From Acidobacteriota bacterium (GTDB lineage: Bacteria > Acidobacteriota > UBA6911), in NCBI GenBank assembly GCA_963664705.1, contig OY761556.1, positions 2,336,001 to 2,400,000 on the forward strand: DNA of 64,000 bases, read 5' to 3'. Positions 17,202 to 27,283 of this stretch are shown one piece after another (within the stretch, counting starts at the first letter, position 1; each line of letters begins with the position of its first letter). Below the pieces are notes generated by a model, which was given only the letters and a program-made list of their open reading frames with translations, ran no database searches and was not told the origin of the DNA. The translations under genes and the position numbers were made by a program.

Positions 17202-18086
17202 TTAGCTGCCGCTCTCGTACCCAACGGCCATTGGGTCGTATTTGGTCGATTCCTGGCTATGGGCGACCGGGTGTGCAAACCGGAAGAAGTGGTGATGGGA
17301 TTCCGAAGGAAAATCCAGCCTCACCCAAATGAAATCCTGCACCAGTTCAGCCTGAATATCGAAAGCGCGGAGATTGATGGCCGTTGAGATAATCTCATTC
17401 CCGATTTCAACCAGCTCGCTGAGCGTATCAAAGGTCGGCACACTGGATAGGTCCAGATCTTCCGGCTCGTACCATTGCTCCAGGAGTCGATTGATGGCAG
17501 ATTGATCTCCGATGTATGTAACGATGCCCTTGCGGACCATGCGGCGAATGGCTTCCTGTGCATTGAAGTTGACCGGTGCCGAAACCGCAACTCGAAGCGA
17601 GGTCATTGAATCGTCAAAGCCCACCGGAACGAGCCCGGAGCATTTGGCCACCTTTCCAGGGATCATGCGCACAGCATCGTTTTTTGCCGCTGCGTTCTGC
17701 AGATTGATCAGGGGCAATCCGAATTGCTTGGCAAGCGCGGTTGTGATCTGATGTTCTTCGACAAAACCCAATCGAAGAAGCCACTCGCCGATGCGACCTT
17801 CTTTTCTTTCCGTCTGAAGTTGGATCGCCTGATCCAGTTGCTCTCGCGTAACAAAAGCGGTTTGCATCAGAATCGTCCCCAGTTTCGGCCTGGGAAAGGT
17901 GCGCATATTCCCGTGCTGCAATCTCCGCCACTTTTCTATCAGTTCAGTCTCACAATGAGCACGCAGGCACGCATCGCTGCAAAAGTCCTTGCCTTCATAT
18001 CTGGGAGGACGGCGACGATTGAGAAACAGGCTGAAATCGGATCGGATTTTTGCGCAATCTTTTCGATAACACTGATATTTAGACAT
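17202..18086 (-). CDS. stand-alone MshEN / PilB-N-domain protein with N-terminal Cys cluster, no ATPase
   Basis: tandem motifs KLGTILMQTAFVTREQLDQAIQLQ and RIGEWLLRLGFVEEHQITTALAKQ; CxxxxC...FCSDAC; no Walker A. Confidence 0.8.
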   Translation of the reverse strand: MSKYQCYRKDCAKIRSDFSLFLNRRRPPRYEGKDFCSDACLRAHCETELIEKWRRLQHGNMRTFPRPKLGTILMQTAFVTREQLDQAIQLQTERKEGRIGEWLLRLGFVEEHQITTALAKQFGLPLINLQNAAAKNDAVRMIPGKVAKCSGLVPVGFDDSMTSLRVAVSAPVNFNAQEAIRRMVRKGIVTYIGDQSAINRLLEQWYEPEDLDLSSVPTFDTLSELVEIGNEIISTAINLRAFDIQAELVQDFIWVRLDFPSESHHHFFRFAHPVAHSQESTKYDPMAVGYESGS

Positions 18087-18495
18087 ATTGTTTCACCTGC
18101 ATCTTGCCGGCGGAATAGCCTTCCCCGCCCGTGTATTTACTGAGGTTCAGGATCAGCTCAGCCTCTCCCACGGGAGCTTTGAGACGTTTCACGATATCTT
18201 CCAGAGGGACACCCTGGCGCGAAAGCGCCAATACCTGGTGCCGACGCTCCAGCGGAAGATTGGAATCATGCGAGGGGATGCTTAATTCCATAATCCGTTC
18301 TTCCATTTCTTCGAGGCGGCCGGAGGATTTCTTGTGCGACTGCATTTGTATCTCCGCCAGTTGGCTCACTGCGTCCGAAGCGCGCCGCAGTTCCTGTTCG
18401 AGGGTTTGAATTCGCTGAAGCATTTTTCTCATCGCGCTCCAGCAAAACCAGATACAACCGGCAACCGCGACAAAAACCAGGAAGGTATTTAGCAT
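18079..18495 (-). CDS. bitopic DUF2802/FipA-like membrane protein
   Basis: N-terminal TM, coiled coil, C-terminal LSRQG...GEAELILNL. Confidence 0.65.
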   Translation of the reverse strand: MLNTFLVFVAVAGCIWFCWSAMRKMLQRIQTLEQELRRASDAVSQLAEIQMQSHKKSSGRLEEMEERIMELSIPSHDSNLPLERRHQVLALSRQGVPLEDIVKRLKAPVGEAELILNLSKYTGGEGYSAGKMQVKQYV

Positions 18496-18524
18496 TCCGC
18501 TCTCCTCTGCAGACGCAGGCCAGG

Positions 18525-19388
18525 CTAACGATTCAGATTCGATGAGGCCTGGATTGCCGTCTCAATCTCCATTGCAAGTTCAACCAACACCGGCTCACCA
18601 AGTTTCAGGAACTCGGCCGATGTCTCCTTCTCCAGAACCAGTTTCTCATCTTTTGAGAAACCGACACCCAGCAGGGTCATGAACAAATCGGCCAGGTTGA
18701 TGATGCAAGCCAACTGCTTGTAGGTAGGGGCCGAGAGCGGATCATGATGAAAGCCGACAGCTTCTGCCAGTTGCGGTGGAAAATTCCATTTCCGGGCTAA
18801 TAGAGCGCCTACATGCGCATGGGAGAACCCAAACGATGTGAGCTCGAGATCATTGAAACTGCCATGTTTTCCATACACGGCGCTGATGATTTCGGTATAG
18901 CGGTCACGCAGGTTCTGCAATAAAACGGGCTTGCCGATATCGTGCATCAGGCCGCAAATCAAGGCTTCCTCCATGTCCTGGCCTCTGACTCTCCGCGCGA
19001 TCGCACGTGCAGCCAGGGCAGTTCCCCAGGAATGTTCAGCCATCAGCTTTGCACCCAGATCCTTGGCGGTCTGAAAGACCGACTCTACAGAGGCTGCCAT
19101 CAGGACGGATTTCACCGCATCCATTCCCAGGACGGTTATCGCATGGGAGACCGTGGATACTTCACTTCTCAGGGCATACATGGCCGAATTGACAATCCTC
19201 AGCATCTTGGCCGACAGAGCCTCATCCTTTGAAATCAATAACTGTAGTCTGTAAACCGAAGCATCCGGGTCCATCGCCAGCTCGAGTGCCCTCATGACGG
19301 TGGTCGGCATGGGAGGCAGGTCTGTCACTTTTGCGACAAGAGCATTGAGATTCAGTATTGGTTGAGGGTTGTTTTGAACAGTTGCCAT
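18525..19388 (-). CDS. HDOD domain protein
   Basis: LPPMP, D..LSAKMLRIVNSA, GLMHDIGK, HAHVGALLARKWNFP. Confidence 0.93.
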   Translation of the reverse strand: MATVQNNPQPILNLNALVAKVTDLPPMPTTVMRALELAMDPDASVYRLQLLISKDEALSAKMLRIVNSAMYALRSEVSTVSHAITVLGMDAVKSVLMAASVESVFQTAKDLGAKLMAEHSWGTALAARAIARRVRGQDMEEALICGLMHDIGKPVLLQNLRDRYTEIISAVYGKHGSFNDLELTSFGFSHAHVGALLARKWNFPPQLAEAVGFHHDPLSAPTYKQLACIINLADLFMTLLGVGFSKDEKLVLEKETSAEFLKLGEPVLVELAMEIETAIQASSNLNR

Positions 19389-19450
19389 AGCCTGCTTTCC
19401 AGTCGGTTCAGGCGCGACCTGCGGATCCAGGGCGCGCGGTTCATCGATAT

Positions 19451-19759
19451 TTATCCAAGTGACCGAATGCGATCTGCGGTGCTTTCAACTTCAAGAATGC
19501 GCACGCCATAATTGCCTTCCACCATGACAACCTCCCCTTTGGCGATGGGCTTGCGGTTGACGATGATGGTCACTGGATCATTAACAGCCTTATCCAGCTC
19601 TATGACGGACCCTGCCCCGAGCTTCAAAATGTCACGCAGCTGCATTTCGGTGTTGCCAAAAGAAACAGCCACCGGCAACTCCACATCCAGCAACAGATCG
19701 ATGTTCCAGTTGCCTCCATTTTTCTGTGCCACCGATCCTTGTTCCCCCATATCTGTCAC
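19451..19759 (-). CDS. fliN: C-ring SPOA protein FliN (copy 1)
   Basis: LLDVEL, GSVIELDK, GEVVMVEGNYGVRI. Confidence 0.93.
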   Translation of the reverse strand: MTDMGEQGSVAQKNGGNWNIDLLLDVELPVAVSFGNTEMQLRDILKLGAGSVIELDKAVNDPVTIIVNRKPIAKGEVVMVEGNYGVRILEVESTADRIRSLG

Positions 19760-19777
19760 GCGAAACCTCCCTGCTCG

Positions 19778-20749
19778 TTAGGCAGTAATTCTGTTGGATA
19801 TTTCGAAAGCTCTTTTACCGCGCCGCTGCACAATCTTGCCGGCAAACTTGGCGATTCCGCCAACACACAGCAGTACCGGATCCCCAATTCGCTCATTGAG
19901 TTCAATGACATCGCCCACCGAAACCGTGAGCAGGTCGCTCATGGTCAGTTTCGAACTCCGGATTTCGCTTCCCAGTGGAAGCGCCACCGGCTTCATCAGC
20001 TCGGAAATCACGCCGGCCACGCTGCCTATTGCCTTTTGCCTTGGCGCATTCCACTGCTGATCGAATTTATTGCGCAGCATTTTGAGGATTCGGGATGGAA
20101 TACATATATTCATCATTCCCGAGTTCTCTCCCGATTTCACCTCGAGGTGCACAACAATCACCGCTTCGGCCGGAGATACGATCTGGAACATTTGGGACTT
20201 GGTGCCCTTCCCTTCGAGATAGAATTCCAGTTCTATGACCGGATGCCATGCCTCGCCCAAATCTCTCATCACAAGCTTGAGCACACCTTCGATGACGTTC
20301 AGTTCTATTTCCGTCAGATTACGGTTTTCGGTAAACGGCCGCCCGGGACCGCCCAGGATCATGTCGATCAGGGGCAGCACCAATGACGGATTCATCTCCA
20401 GCGCAATATTTCCATCCAGCGGACGCATTCCCAGACTCGCAAACAGCGTCGGATCGGAGAGCGACTTGATGAATGAGGAATAGGAAACCTGTTCAAGCGA
20501 GGAGATGCTGACATCTACGAAAGCCCGAAGGTATGCGGAGAGGGACGATGCGAAGTTGCGCCCGAAATGTTCGTGCAACAGGTGAATCGACCGCATCTGG
20601 TCCTGCGAAATCCTATCGGCACTATGGAAGTCGTAATTGGTCACCTTGCGTTCAGGCGGCTTTTCCGCCTGTTCGCCCAGGCTCAAGTCTTCCGTCGACA
20701 TTGCGGAAAACAGAGCATTAATTTCGTCCTGCGATAAAACTTTATCCAT
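19778..20749 (-). CDS. fliM: C-ring protein FliM
   Basis: LSQDEINALF, YDF, LGGPG, LTEIE, C-terminal SPOA. Confidence 0.96.
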   Translation of the reverse strand: MDKVLSQDEINALFSAMSTEDLSLGEQAEKPPERKVTNYDFHSADRISQDQMRSIHLLHEHFGRNFASSLSAYLRAFVDVSISSLEQVSYSSFIKSLSDPTLFASLGMRPLDGNIALEMNPSLVLPLIDMILGGPGRPFTENRNLTEIELNVIEGVLKLVMRDLGEAWHPVIELEFYLEGKGTKSQMFQIVSPAEAVIVVHLEVKSGENSGMMNICIPSRILKMLRNKFDQQWNAPRQKAIGSVAGVISELMKPVALPLGSEIRSSKLTMSDLLTVSVGDVIELNERIGDPVLLCVGGIAKFAGKIVQRRGKRAFEISNRITA

Positions 20750-20767
20750 ATGCGAGCCCTTGTTGGC

Positions 20768-21538
20768 CTAATCCTGTCCGTTTACCTTCCTTAGCTTGGT
20801 CCGAAGCCGCAGCATTGCCTTGGTATGGAGCTGCGACACTCTTGATTCATTGACTCCGAGGACTTTTCCGATTTCCTTCATTGTCAATTCGTCAAAATAA
20901 TAAAGGGACACGACAAGACGTTCTTTTTTGGGCAAGGTATCGATCGCGGTGCTCAGAATCGCCTGGATCTCAGTCTTGTGAAAAACAAAAAACGGATCCA
21001 TCTGCGGCGCATCCGGTACATACTTCACCAGCGGCTCGCTGTTCTTCTCGTCATCCTGAGAGGATAGCTCCTGGAAGCTGCCGAGATTCAATCCCTTGAT
21101 TTGATCTACAAGTTCATAGAACTCTTCAAGTGAGATCTCCATTTCATCGCAGACTTCCTTATCCGTGGCGGGACGGCCCAGGCGCTGCTCGAGCTCCCGA
21201 TACACGCGTTCCAGGTCTTTGCTTTTCTTTCTCAGGGAGCGCGGCGCCCAGTCGAGATTGCGAAGGCTGTCAAGAATGGCACCCTTGATGCGCAGCTCGG
21301 CATAGGTCTTGAATTTCACGCCTCGGTTCGGATCGAATTTCTCGATAGCGTCCAATAAACCGAGAATTCCCGCGCTTACGAGATCATTCAGCTCGACATG
21401 CGATGGCAGTTTGGCGGAGATCCGCTGCGCGATGTATTTGATCTGCGGCAGATGCTCCAGAATAAGTTCGTCCCTTTCGGGATTGGCTGGGATAGGCGGT
21501 GCATACATTTTTTGTTGGCTCGACAATTCCTGCATCAT
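20768..21538 (-). CDS. fliA: flagellar sigma28 factor
   Basis: FKTYAELRIKGAILDSLRNLDWAPRS, ESRVSQLH; ATG 21538 preferred by SD GAGGA. Confidence 0.96.
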   Translation of the reverse strand: MMQELSSQQKMYAPPIPANPERDELILEHLPQIKYIAQRISAKLPSHVELNDLVSAGILGLLDAIEKFDPNRGVKFKTYAELRIKGAILDSLRNLDWAPRSLRKKSKDLERVYRELEQRLGRPATDKEVCDEMEISLEEFYELVDQIKGLNLGSFQELSSQDDEKNSEPLVKYVPDAPQMDPFFVFHKTEIQAILSTAIDTLPKKERLVVSLYYFDELTMKEIGKVLGVNESRVSQLHTKAMLRLRTKLRKVNGQD

Positions 21539-21835
21539 CGTATTCCTCTTGAACAGAGCCACCGTAACGGCCGGCTCCTAGGCTATTCAATTGGCTGTCA
21601 AAGTCTCCCTAAAGAGGATCAGAAGACTTGATGTCCATTCGAGATAATGGCAATGATTCTTGGCTATCGGGAGAGCATCCTTCCTGCTTGGAACGGGATC
21701 TCTCCGTTGGAGGTTGGCAGCGAGTCGGAGTGTATCGGCGACGGCCCGCATCGTATACAACTTCTGTACTGATCGCACCAGGATCCCTCCGAATCTCAAC
21801 TCGCGTGTTTCACTCGATCCTGAATGCGCGTTCAC

Positions 21836-22744
21836 TTAATTCACCCAGTCGTTTAGAAGTTTTTCCCACACCAGGCCATCGACAGCGGTTCCGGCACCTT
21901 CCTGCTGAGCCACTCTCCGCGCGAGCTCTCGAAAGCAACGGCTCGCCGGTGCGCTCGGAAACCGGTGGGTCACGAGCATCTGGCTCCGAACTGCCTGAGT
22001 GACGTGGGGATCTCTTTCGATATGGCCGAGATATTCTATTTCCCTGCTGAGAAATCGCTTGACCACGGAATTGATCTGGCAGAATACCTCGTGCGCATCC
22101 TCGGCTTGATCGACCGAGTTGATGAGCACCTGGACATGCTTGTCGTGATCTTCAGCCAGGATGATCTTGATAACGGCATAGGCATCGACAATGGCTGTCG
22201 GCTCCGGAGCGCTGACCACGATGACTTCCTGCGCTGAAAGGAGAAAGTGGATCACATTTCGTGAAATGCCTGCGGCGGTATCGATAATGAAATAGTCTGT
22301 ATCGGAATCCAGATTCGTAAAGCTCTCTACCAGGTGATTGCGCTGAGCCAGCGTCAATTCCGACATCCTCTGCAATCCGGAACTGGCTGGAATGATCTGT
22401 ATGCCTTTGGGGCCCTGAACCATGATCTCCGTCAGCGTCTTGTTGCCAAACAGCACATGCCCGAGGTGATACCGCGGAGTCAGCCCAAGAAGAACATCCA
22501 GGTTGGCCAGCCCGAAATCCGCATCCAGGACGACAACCTTCTTGCCCAGCTCCGACAGACTGACCGACAGATTGGCCACAACATTGGTCTTTCCAACCCC
22601 GCCTTTCCCACTCGTCACGGCAAGAATCTTCGGGCCTTTGCTCCTTGCCTTGAGCAATGCTCCTTTTGTATCCGACATACCCATGGAACGGGATTTTGTC
22701 TGCTGATTGCCTGCGGTACCGCGAAGCTGATAGGGAGGCGTCAT
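21836..22744 (-). CDS. flhG: MinD-like FlhG/FleN
   Basis: SGKGGVGKT, DADFGLAN, PEPTAIVDAYA. Confidence 0.95.
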   Translation of the reverse strand: MTPPYQLRGTAGNQQTKSRSMGMSDTKGALLKARSKGPKILAVTSGKGGVGKTNVVANLSVSLSELGKKVVVLDADFGLANLDVLLGLTPRYHLGHVLFGNKTLTEIMVQGPKGIQIIPASSGLQRMSELTLAQRNHLVESFTNLDSDTDYFIIDTAAGISRNVIHFLLSAQEVIVVSAPEPTAIVDAYAVIKIILAEDHDKHVQVLINSVDQAEDAHEVFCQINSVVKRFLSREIEYLGHIERDPHVTQAVRSQMLVTHRFPSAPASRCFRELARRVAQQEGAGTAVDGLVWEKLLNDWVN

Positions 22745-22747
22745 AAT

Positions 22748-24001
22748 CTATTCCTTTATTGCGCTCATGTTTGGGTTCAAAACAATGTCGATGATCCGGT
22801 CTTTCGGAACTGCATGAAGGTCGTCAGGTACCCTCTGGCCATTGCTGTAGTAAGAGAACGATTTCTGCGTCCGAATCAACTCATGCAAAATCGGGCCCGG
22901 AGTGGAGGTTTCATCGAGCTTGGTAAACAACAGATGATCCGGATGGCACATTTCGAAACGGTCGATCATTTCCCTCATATCCGACTGCTTGGTTGCCGCA
23001 CTTAAAACAAGATGCCTCTCGATAAATTCGGATTCGCTGAGGTAGGAAGCCAAGCTGCGCATCTGCTCCAGATCTCGTGGTCCGTGCCCTGCGGTATCGA
23101 TCAGGATGTAGTCCCGCTGGGAGTTTTCGCTGATAGCCTGCGGCAACTGGGATACCTGGTCCACAAAACGGAATGGAATTCCCATCAGACCGGCATAGGA
23201 GCGCAGCTGCTCAACGGCGCCAATCCGATATCCATCTGTTGTCATAAGAAGCACCCTTTTCTTCTGCTGCAATGCGAGACGTGCGGCAAGTTTGGCAATC
23301 GATGTCGTTTTTCCGACACCCGTCGGTCCAAGAAAGGTAACCACCTTCTTGGCCGGCATGCCGTTTAACGTTGAAGGATCGGCTAATAAGGCCTGTGCGG
23401 CCTGTGTTACCGATTTGACCAACGCCGTGCGGCTCCGTCGCTGCCCTGCCGTCAGGCAGTTCATAGCTGTCTTGAGCAATTCGCATGCCAAAGAAGCGTC
23501 AATGCCGCAATTAATTAATTCCTGATAAAGAGAAGCCGGGATGCGCCCCTTGACAGGCAGTTCAGACTCGGAGGAAACCGGCTTTTGTATCGGAGGTTCT
23601 ATCCGGGCAACCGCGATCCTTTTTTTTGCTTTTGCCGTTTTGGCCTTTGTTGCCGCCTGGTTTCGGATCTGCGCAGGAGAATATGTCTGTGGCTCTGCTT
23701 CTTCGGCCTGGGCTTCGCATCTCAATTGTCCCGGAATCACCAACGGCGGAATGATCAGTTCGTCAGGATCTCTCTCGAGCGACGCTGCCGCATTTCCAAT
23801 TTCATGACTGGGAGCAAATACATCGATCCCATCGCTATCATCGATGGCAGCTACGACTTCGAATCCGGACGAAGTCCCCCAAACTCCGGAACGTCGCGGG
23901 ATTTCTTTGGTGGACAGGAGCAGAGCATCGGGACCCAGGTGGGCTTTGACCTGCCGCAGTGCTTCTGCCATTGTTTTGGTATAGAACGTCTTGATCCGCA
24001 T
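22748..24001 (-). CDS. flhF: SRP-type GTPase FlhF
   Basis: GPTGVGKTT, DTAG, TKLDE, NGQRVPDDL. Confidence 0.96.
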   Translation of the reverse strand: MRIKTFYTKTMAEALRQVKAHLGPDALLLSTKEIPRRSGVWGTSSGFEVVAAIDDSDGIDVFAPSHEIGNAAASLERDPDELIIPPLVIPGQLRCEAQAEEAEPQTYSPAQIRNQAATKAKTAKAKKRIAVARIEPPIQKPVSSESELPVKGRIPASLYQELINCGIDASLACELLKTAMNCLTAGQRRSRTALVKSVTQAAQALLADPSTLNGMPAKKVVTFLGPTGVGKTTSIAKLAARLALQQKKRVLLMTTDGYRIGAVEQLRSYAGLMGIPFRFVDQVSQLPQAISENSQRDYILIDTAGHGPRDLEQMRSLASYLSESEFIERHLVLSAATKQSDMREMIDRFEMCHPDHLLFTKLDETSTPGPILHELIRTQKSFSYYSNGQRVPDDLHAVPKDRIIDIVLNPNMSAIKE

Positions 24002-24002
24002 T

Positions 24003-26087
24003 CTAAATCACCATTCCAAGAGAAAGGACCCGAATGCTCGGGGGAATTTCGCTGTGCGAAAGAATCGCAACATTCGGTAGAAATCGTTCCAGTAATTGGC
24101 GTACGTGTGAACGAACGGTCGGAGAACAAAGCACGACCGGGTTCCCGCTGCTCCCCGCAGTATCGAGAACGCGACGGAAACGCGCCATGATGTCCTTGGC
24201 CTGACGCGGTTCCAATGCAAGGTAGGAACCCTGGTCGGAATGCACCACGCCATCCGCAAGGTTCTTTTCCAGATCCGGACTGATCGTGAATACAGGCAGA
24301 TCGCCGTCTTCCGTCTGGTAGGGTTTGCAGATGGAACGGCCAAGAGATTGACGGCAATACTCCGTCAAGGCAGTGACATTCTTCGTATAAGTACCGTAAT
24401 CAGCCAGTGTTTCCAAAATTGTGACGGCATCGCGGATGCTGACCCGTTCCTTGAGCAGATTCTGGAATACTTTTTGAACCTCTCCCACCGAGAGAACTTT
24501 CGGAACCAGCTCTTCAACAACCTTTGGATGAGTCTTCGACACGGTATCCAGAAGGTTCTTGGCTTCCTGTCGGCCGAGCAGCTCATGCGCCTGTGATTTG
24601 ATGATTTCGGTCAGATGCGTTGCCAGCACCGTTGCGGGATCCACCAGCGTGTATCCGGCAAGCTGTGCCCGCTCACGATCCTGCGACTTGATCCAGCGAG
24701 CTTGCAGCCCGAACGCCGGCTCAACCGTGGCCATCCCTGGAACCTCTTCGCGGGCCGTTCCCGGATTGATTGCCAGCAGATGATCCTGAATCAGTTCTCC
24801 GCGGGCAATCTGAACGCCTTTGAGCAGAATCGCATATTGCCGGGGATTCAACTGAAGGTTGTCGGTAATGTGTACCGGCGGAACAACCAGCCCCATTTCA
24901 AGCGCAATCTGCCTGCGAATGGATTTGATTCTATCGAGGAAATCTCCGCCCTGGCTCGCATCAACGTACCGGATCAAGCCGTAACCCATCTCGATTCCAA
25001 GCAGATCCACCTTGAGTAGCCCTTCGATCTTGTCTTTGGGCTTCTCGGCCTCCGCCTTTTCCAGTTTTGCCTTCTCCAGAGCAGCCGTTTCATCGATCCG
25101 GGCATTCCGTCTCCGATAGGCCAACACCGCCGTCGCGCAGCCCAGGACGAAAAATGGAACAAAGGGCAGGCCTGGCACGAGACTGAAGAAAAACAGGAAG
25201 CCCGAGCCAATCGCGATCGGTATGTGATTGGTAAACAACTGCCGGACAACATCCTCTCCGAGATTGGACTCCGAGGCCGCCCGGGTTGTGATGATACCGC
25301 CGGCAACCGAGATCAGCAGCGAAGGGATAGCAGTCACAAGACCGTCACCAATCGTCAAAATCGTGAACCGCTGGGCTGCCTCCGTTAACTCCATACCGTT
25401 CTGAAGAACACCGATCAGGAACCCGCCGATAATGTTGATCGTCATGATGATCATGCTGGCAACAGCATCGCGGGCCGTAAAACGAATCGCGCCGTCCATA
25501 GCTCCGTAAAACTCGGCTTCTTTGGAAATCTGCTCCCGGCGCGCTCTCGCTTCCGTTTCGTTGATGATTCCGGCGTTCATGTCCGCATCGATCGCCATCT
25601 GCTTGCCTGGCATGGCGTCCAAGGTGAAGCGGGCGGACACTTCCGAAATACGGATGGAGCCGTGGTTGATGACCATGTATTGAATGGCTATGAGGACGAG
25701 AAATACGACAATACCGACAAAATAATTGCCTCCGACCACAAACTGCCCGAAGGACTGGATGACCTTCCCTGCCGCATCTTCGCCTTCAGCCCCGTTTAAG
25801 AGAATCAAACGGGTTGAGGCAACGTTCAACGCCAGGCGGAACAGGGTGATGATGAGGAGAAGTGATGGAAATACTGAAAAATGTACAGGTTGCAGTATGT
25901 ACATTGAGACCAGCATGACAATAATCGACAGCGTGAAATTCAAGCTGATCAGGAGATCCATGACGATGGTGGGCATAGGCAGCACCATGACGATCAGGAT
26001 TCCCATCACTCCCACGGGGATAACTAAATGAAGCTTACCGAGGATATTTGAAAGGTTTGGAATTGCGGTATCTTCTGCAACACTCAT
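24003..26087 (-). CDS. flhA: export apparatus FlhA
   Basis: ARFTLDAMPGKQMAIDAD, FYGAMDGA. Confidence 0.98.
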   Translation of the reverse strand: MSVAEDTAIPNLSNILGKLHLVIPVGVMGILIVMVLPMPTIVMDLLISLNFTLSIIVMLVSMYILQPVHFSVFPSLLLIITLFRLALNVASTRLILLNGAEGEDAAGKVIQSFGQFVVGGNYFVGIVVFLVLIAIQYMVINHGSIRISEVSARFTLDAMPGKQMAIDADMNAGIINETEARARREQISKEAEFYGAMDGAIRFTARDAVASMIIMTINIIGGFLIGVLQNGMELTEAAQRFTILTIGDGLVTAIPSLLISVAGGIITTRAASESNLGEDVVRQLFTNHIPIAIGSGFLFFFSLVPGLPFVPFFVLGCATAVLAYRRRNARIDETAALEKAKLEKAEAEKPKDKIEGLLKVDLLGIEMGYGLIRYVDASQGGDFLDRIKSIRRQIALEMGLVVPPVHITDNLQLNPRQYAILLKGVQIARGELIQDHLLAINPGTAREEVPGMATVEPAFGLQARWIKSQDRERAQLAGYTLVDPATVLATHLTEIIKSQAHELLGRQEAKNLLDTVSKTHPKVVEELVPKVLSVGEVQKVFQNLLKERVSIRDAVTILETLADYGTYTKNVTALTEYCRQSLGRSICKPYQTEDGDLPVFTISPDLEKNLADGVVHSDQGSYLALEPRQAKDIMARFRRVLDTAGSSGNPVVLCSPTVRSHVRQLLERFLPNVAILSHSEIPPSIRVLSLGMVI

Positions 26088-26140
26088 TTCTTTTTCCGGA
26101 TCCCCTAAAAGTTCTTTTCTGTCGCTCGGGCATAGGAAAA

Positions 26141-26156
26141 TGCAAATCGCGTACCA
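26141..26156 (-). promoter_or_regulatory. sigma54 promoter of flhA operon
   Basis: TGGTACGCGATTTGCA. Confidence 0.85.
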
Positions 26157-26212
26157 CTTTTCAAAATAGACTGTAGAGAATAGGAAATATGGCCGAAAAG
26201 AATGGGTTTGGG

Positions 26213-27283
26213 TTACCGGAGGAAGGCGTTCTTTGCCTTGTAAACATAAGCAAGGATTTCAGCTACGGCTTTATACAGGCTGGCGGGAATATATTCGCCG
26301 ATTTTGACCGATTTATACAAAGTACGGGCCAGCGGCCGGTTTTCCACCATGGGAATACCATGGTCTTGTGCCAACTCCTTAATTTTGAGCGCCAAAAATC
26401 CGACACCTTTGGCGACTACCTTGGGAGCCTCCATGGCATCCATTTTGTAAGAGAGGGCGATGGCATAGTGGGTGGGGTTTGTGATAACGACATCCGCTTT
26501 CGGAACGTCTGACATCATGCGCTTGCGGGACATCTCGCGCTGAATTCTGCGGATTCGACTTTTGGTGGTCGGGTCCCCTTCCGTCTCCTTGAATTCTTCT
26601 TTTACTTCCTGCTTCGTCATCTTCAGCCCTTCGGTAAAGCGATACCGTTGGAAGAAGTAATCCGCTATGGCGACGACAACAAGCAGGACAGCGACGCGTA
26701 TAAAAATCTCATAGCTGATCGTTGTGGTCCAATGAAACAGCTTCCGGACATCCATCAAGACCAGTTGAGGATACAGGGACAGGTGCTTGGCTATTACCTG
26801 GTAGCAGATCACGGAGACCGCGGAAAGCATGATCAGGCTTTTGGCCAGTTCCACCGATCCGTTTTTGGAAAAAATCTTCTTCACCCCGTTCTTGGGGTTT
26901 AGCTTTTCAAAGTGAAACCCCAACGGCTCGGTTGTAAACAGGAATCCTCCCTGAAGAAGGTTGGATGTGAGGGAGAAAACCAATACTGCGAGGAGAATCG
27001 GCACCAGGACCATCGCAACTCGGAGCGAAATGCCGTTCAGGAGGCCGCTCAGGTAAGTGATCGAAGGATCCGCAGGAACGTGGAAGTTAAAGCTGTGCAG
27101 CATCTCATTTTGGAGTGTTTTGAGGAAGGTCTGTCCGAAATAGGTCAAGACCAGGAGACCGCACAGAAGGACAGCGGCGGCAGAGACCTCCCGGCTGCGC
27201 GCAACCTGCCCTTTCTCACGGGCTTTCTCAAGGCGCCGCCTAGTAGGTTGTTCTGACTTGTTGTCGGTACTGCCGCTCATCAA
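26213..27283 (-). CDS. flhB: export switch FlhB
   Basis: KSEQPT, NPTH autocleavage site, AVAEILAYV. Confidence 0.97.
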   Translation of the reverse strand: MMSGSTDNKSEQPTRRRLEKAREKGQVARSREVSAAAVLLCGLLVLTYFGQTFLKTLQNEMLHSFNFHVPADPSITYLSGLLNGISLRVAMVLVPILLAVLVFSLTSNLLQGGFLFTTEPLGFHFEKLNPKNGVKKIFSKNGSVELAKSLIMLSAVSVICYQVIAKHLSLYPQLVLMDVRKLFHWTTTISYEIFIRVAVLLVVVAIADYFFQRYRFTEGLKMTKQEVKEEFKETEGDPTTKSRIRRIQREMSRKRMMSDVPKADVVITNPTHYAIALSYKMDAMEAPKVVAKGVGFLALKIKELAQDHGIPMVENRPLARTLYKSVKIGEYIPASLYKAVAEILAYVYKAKNAFLR

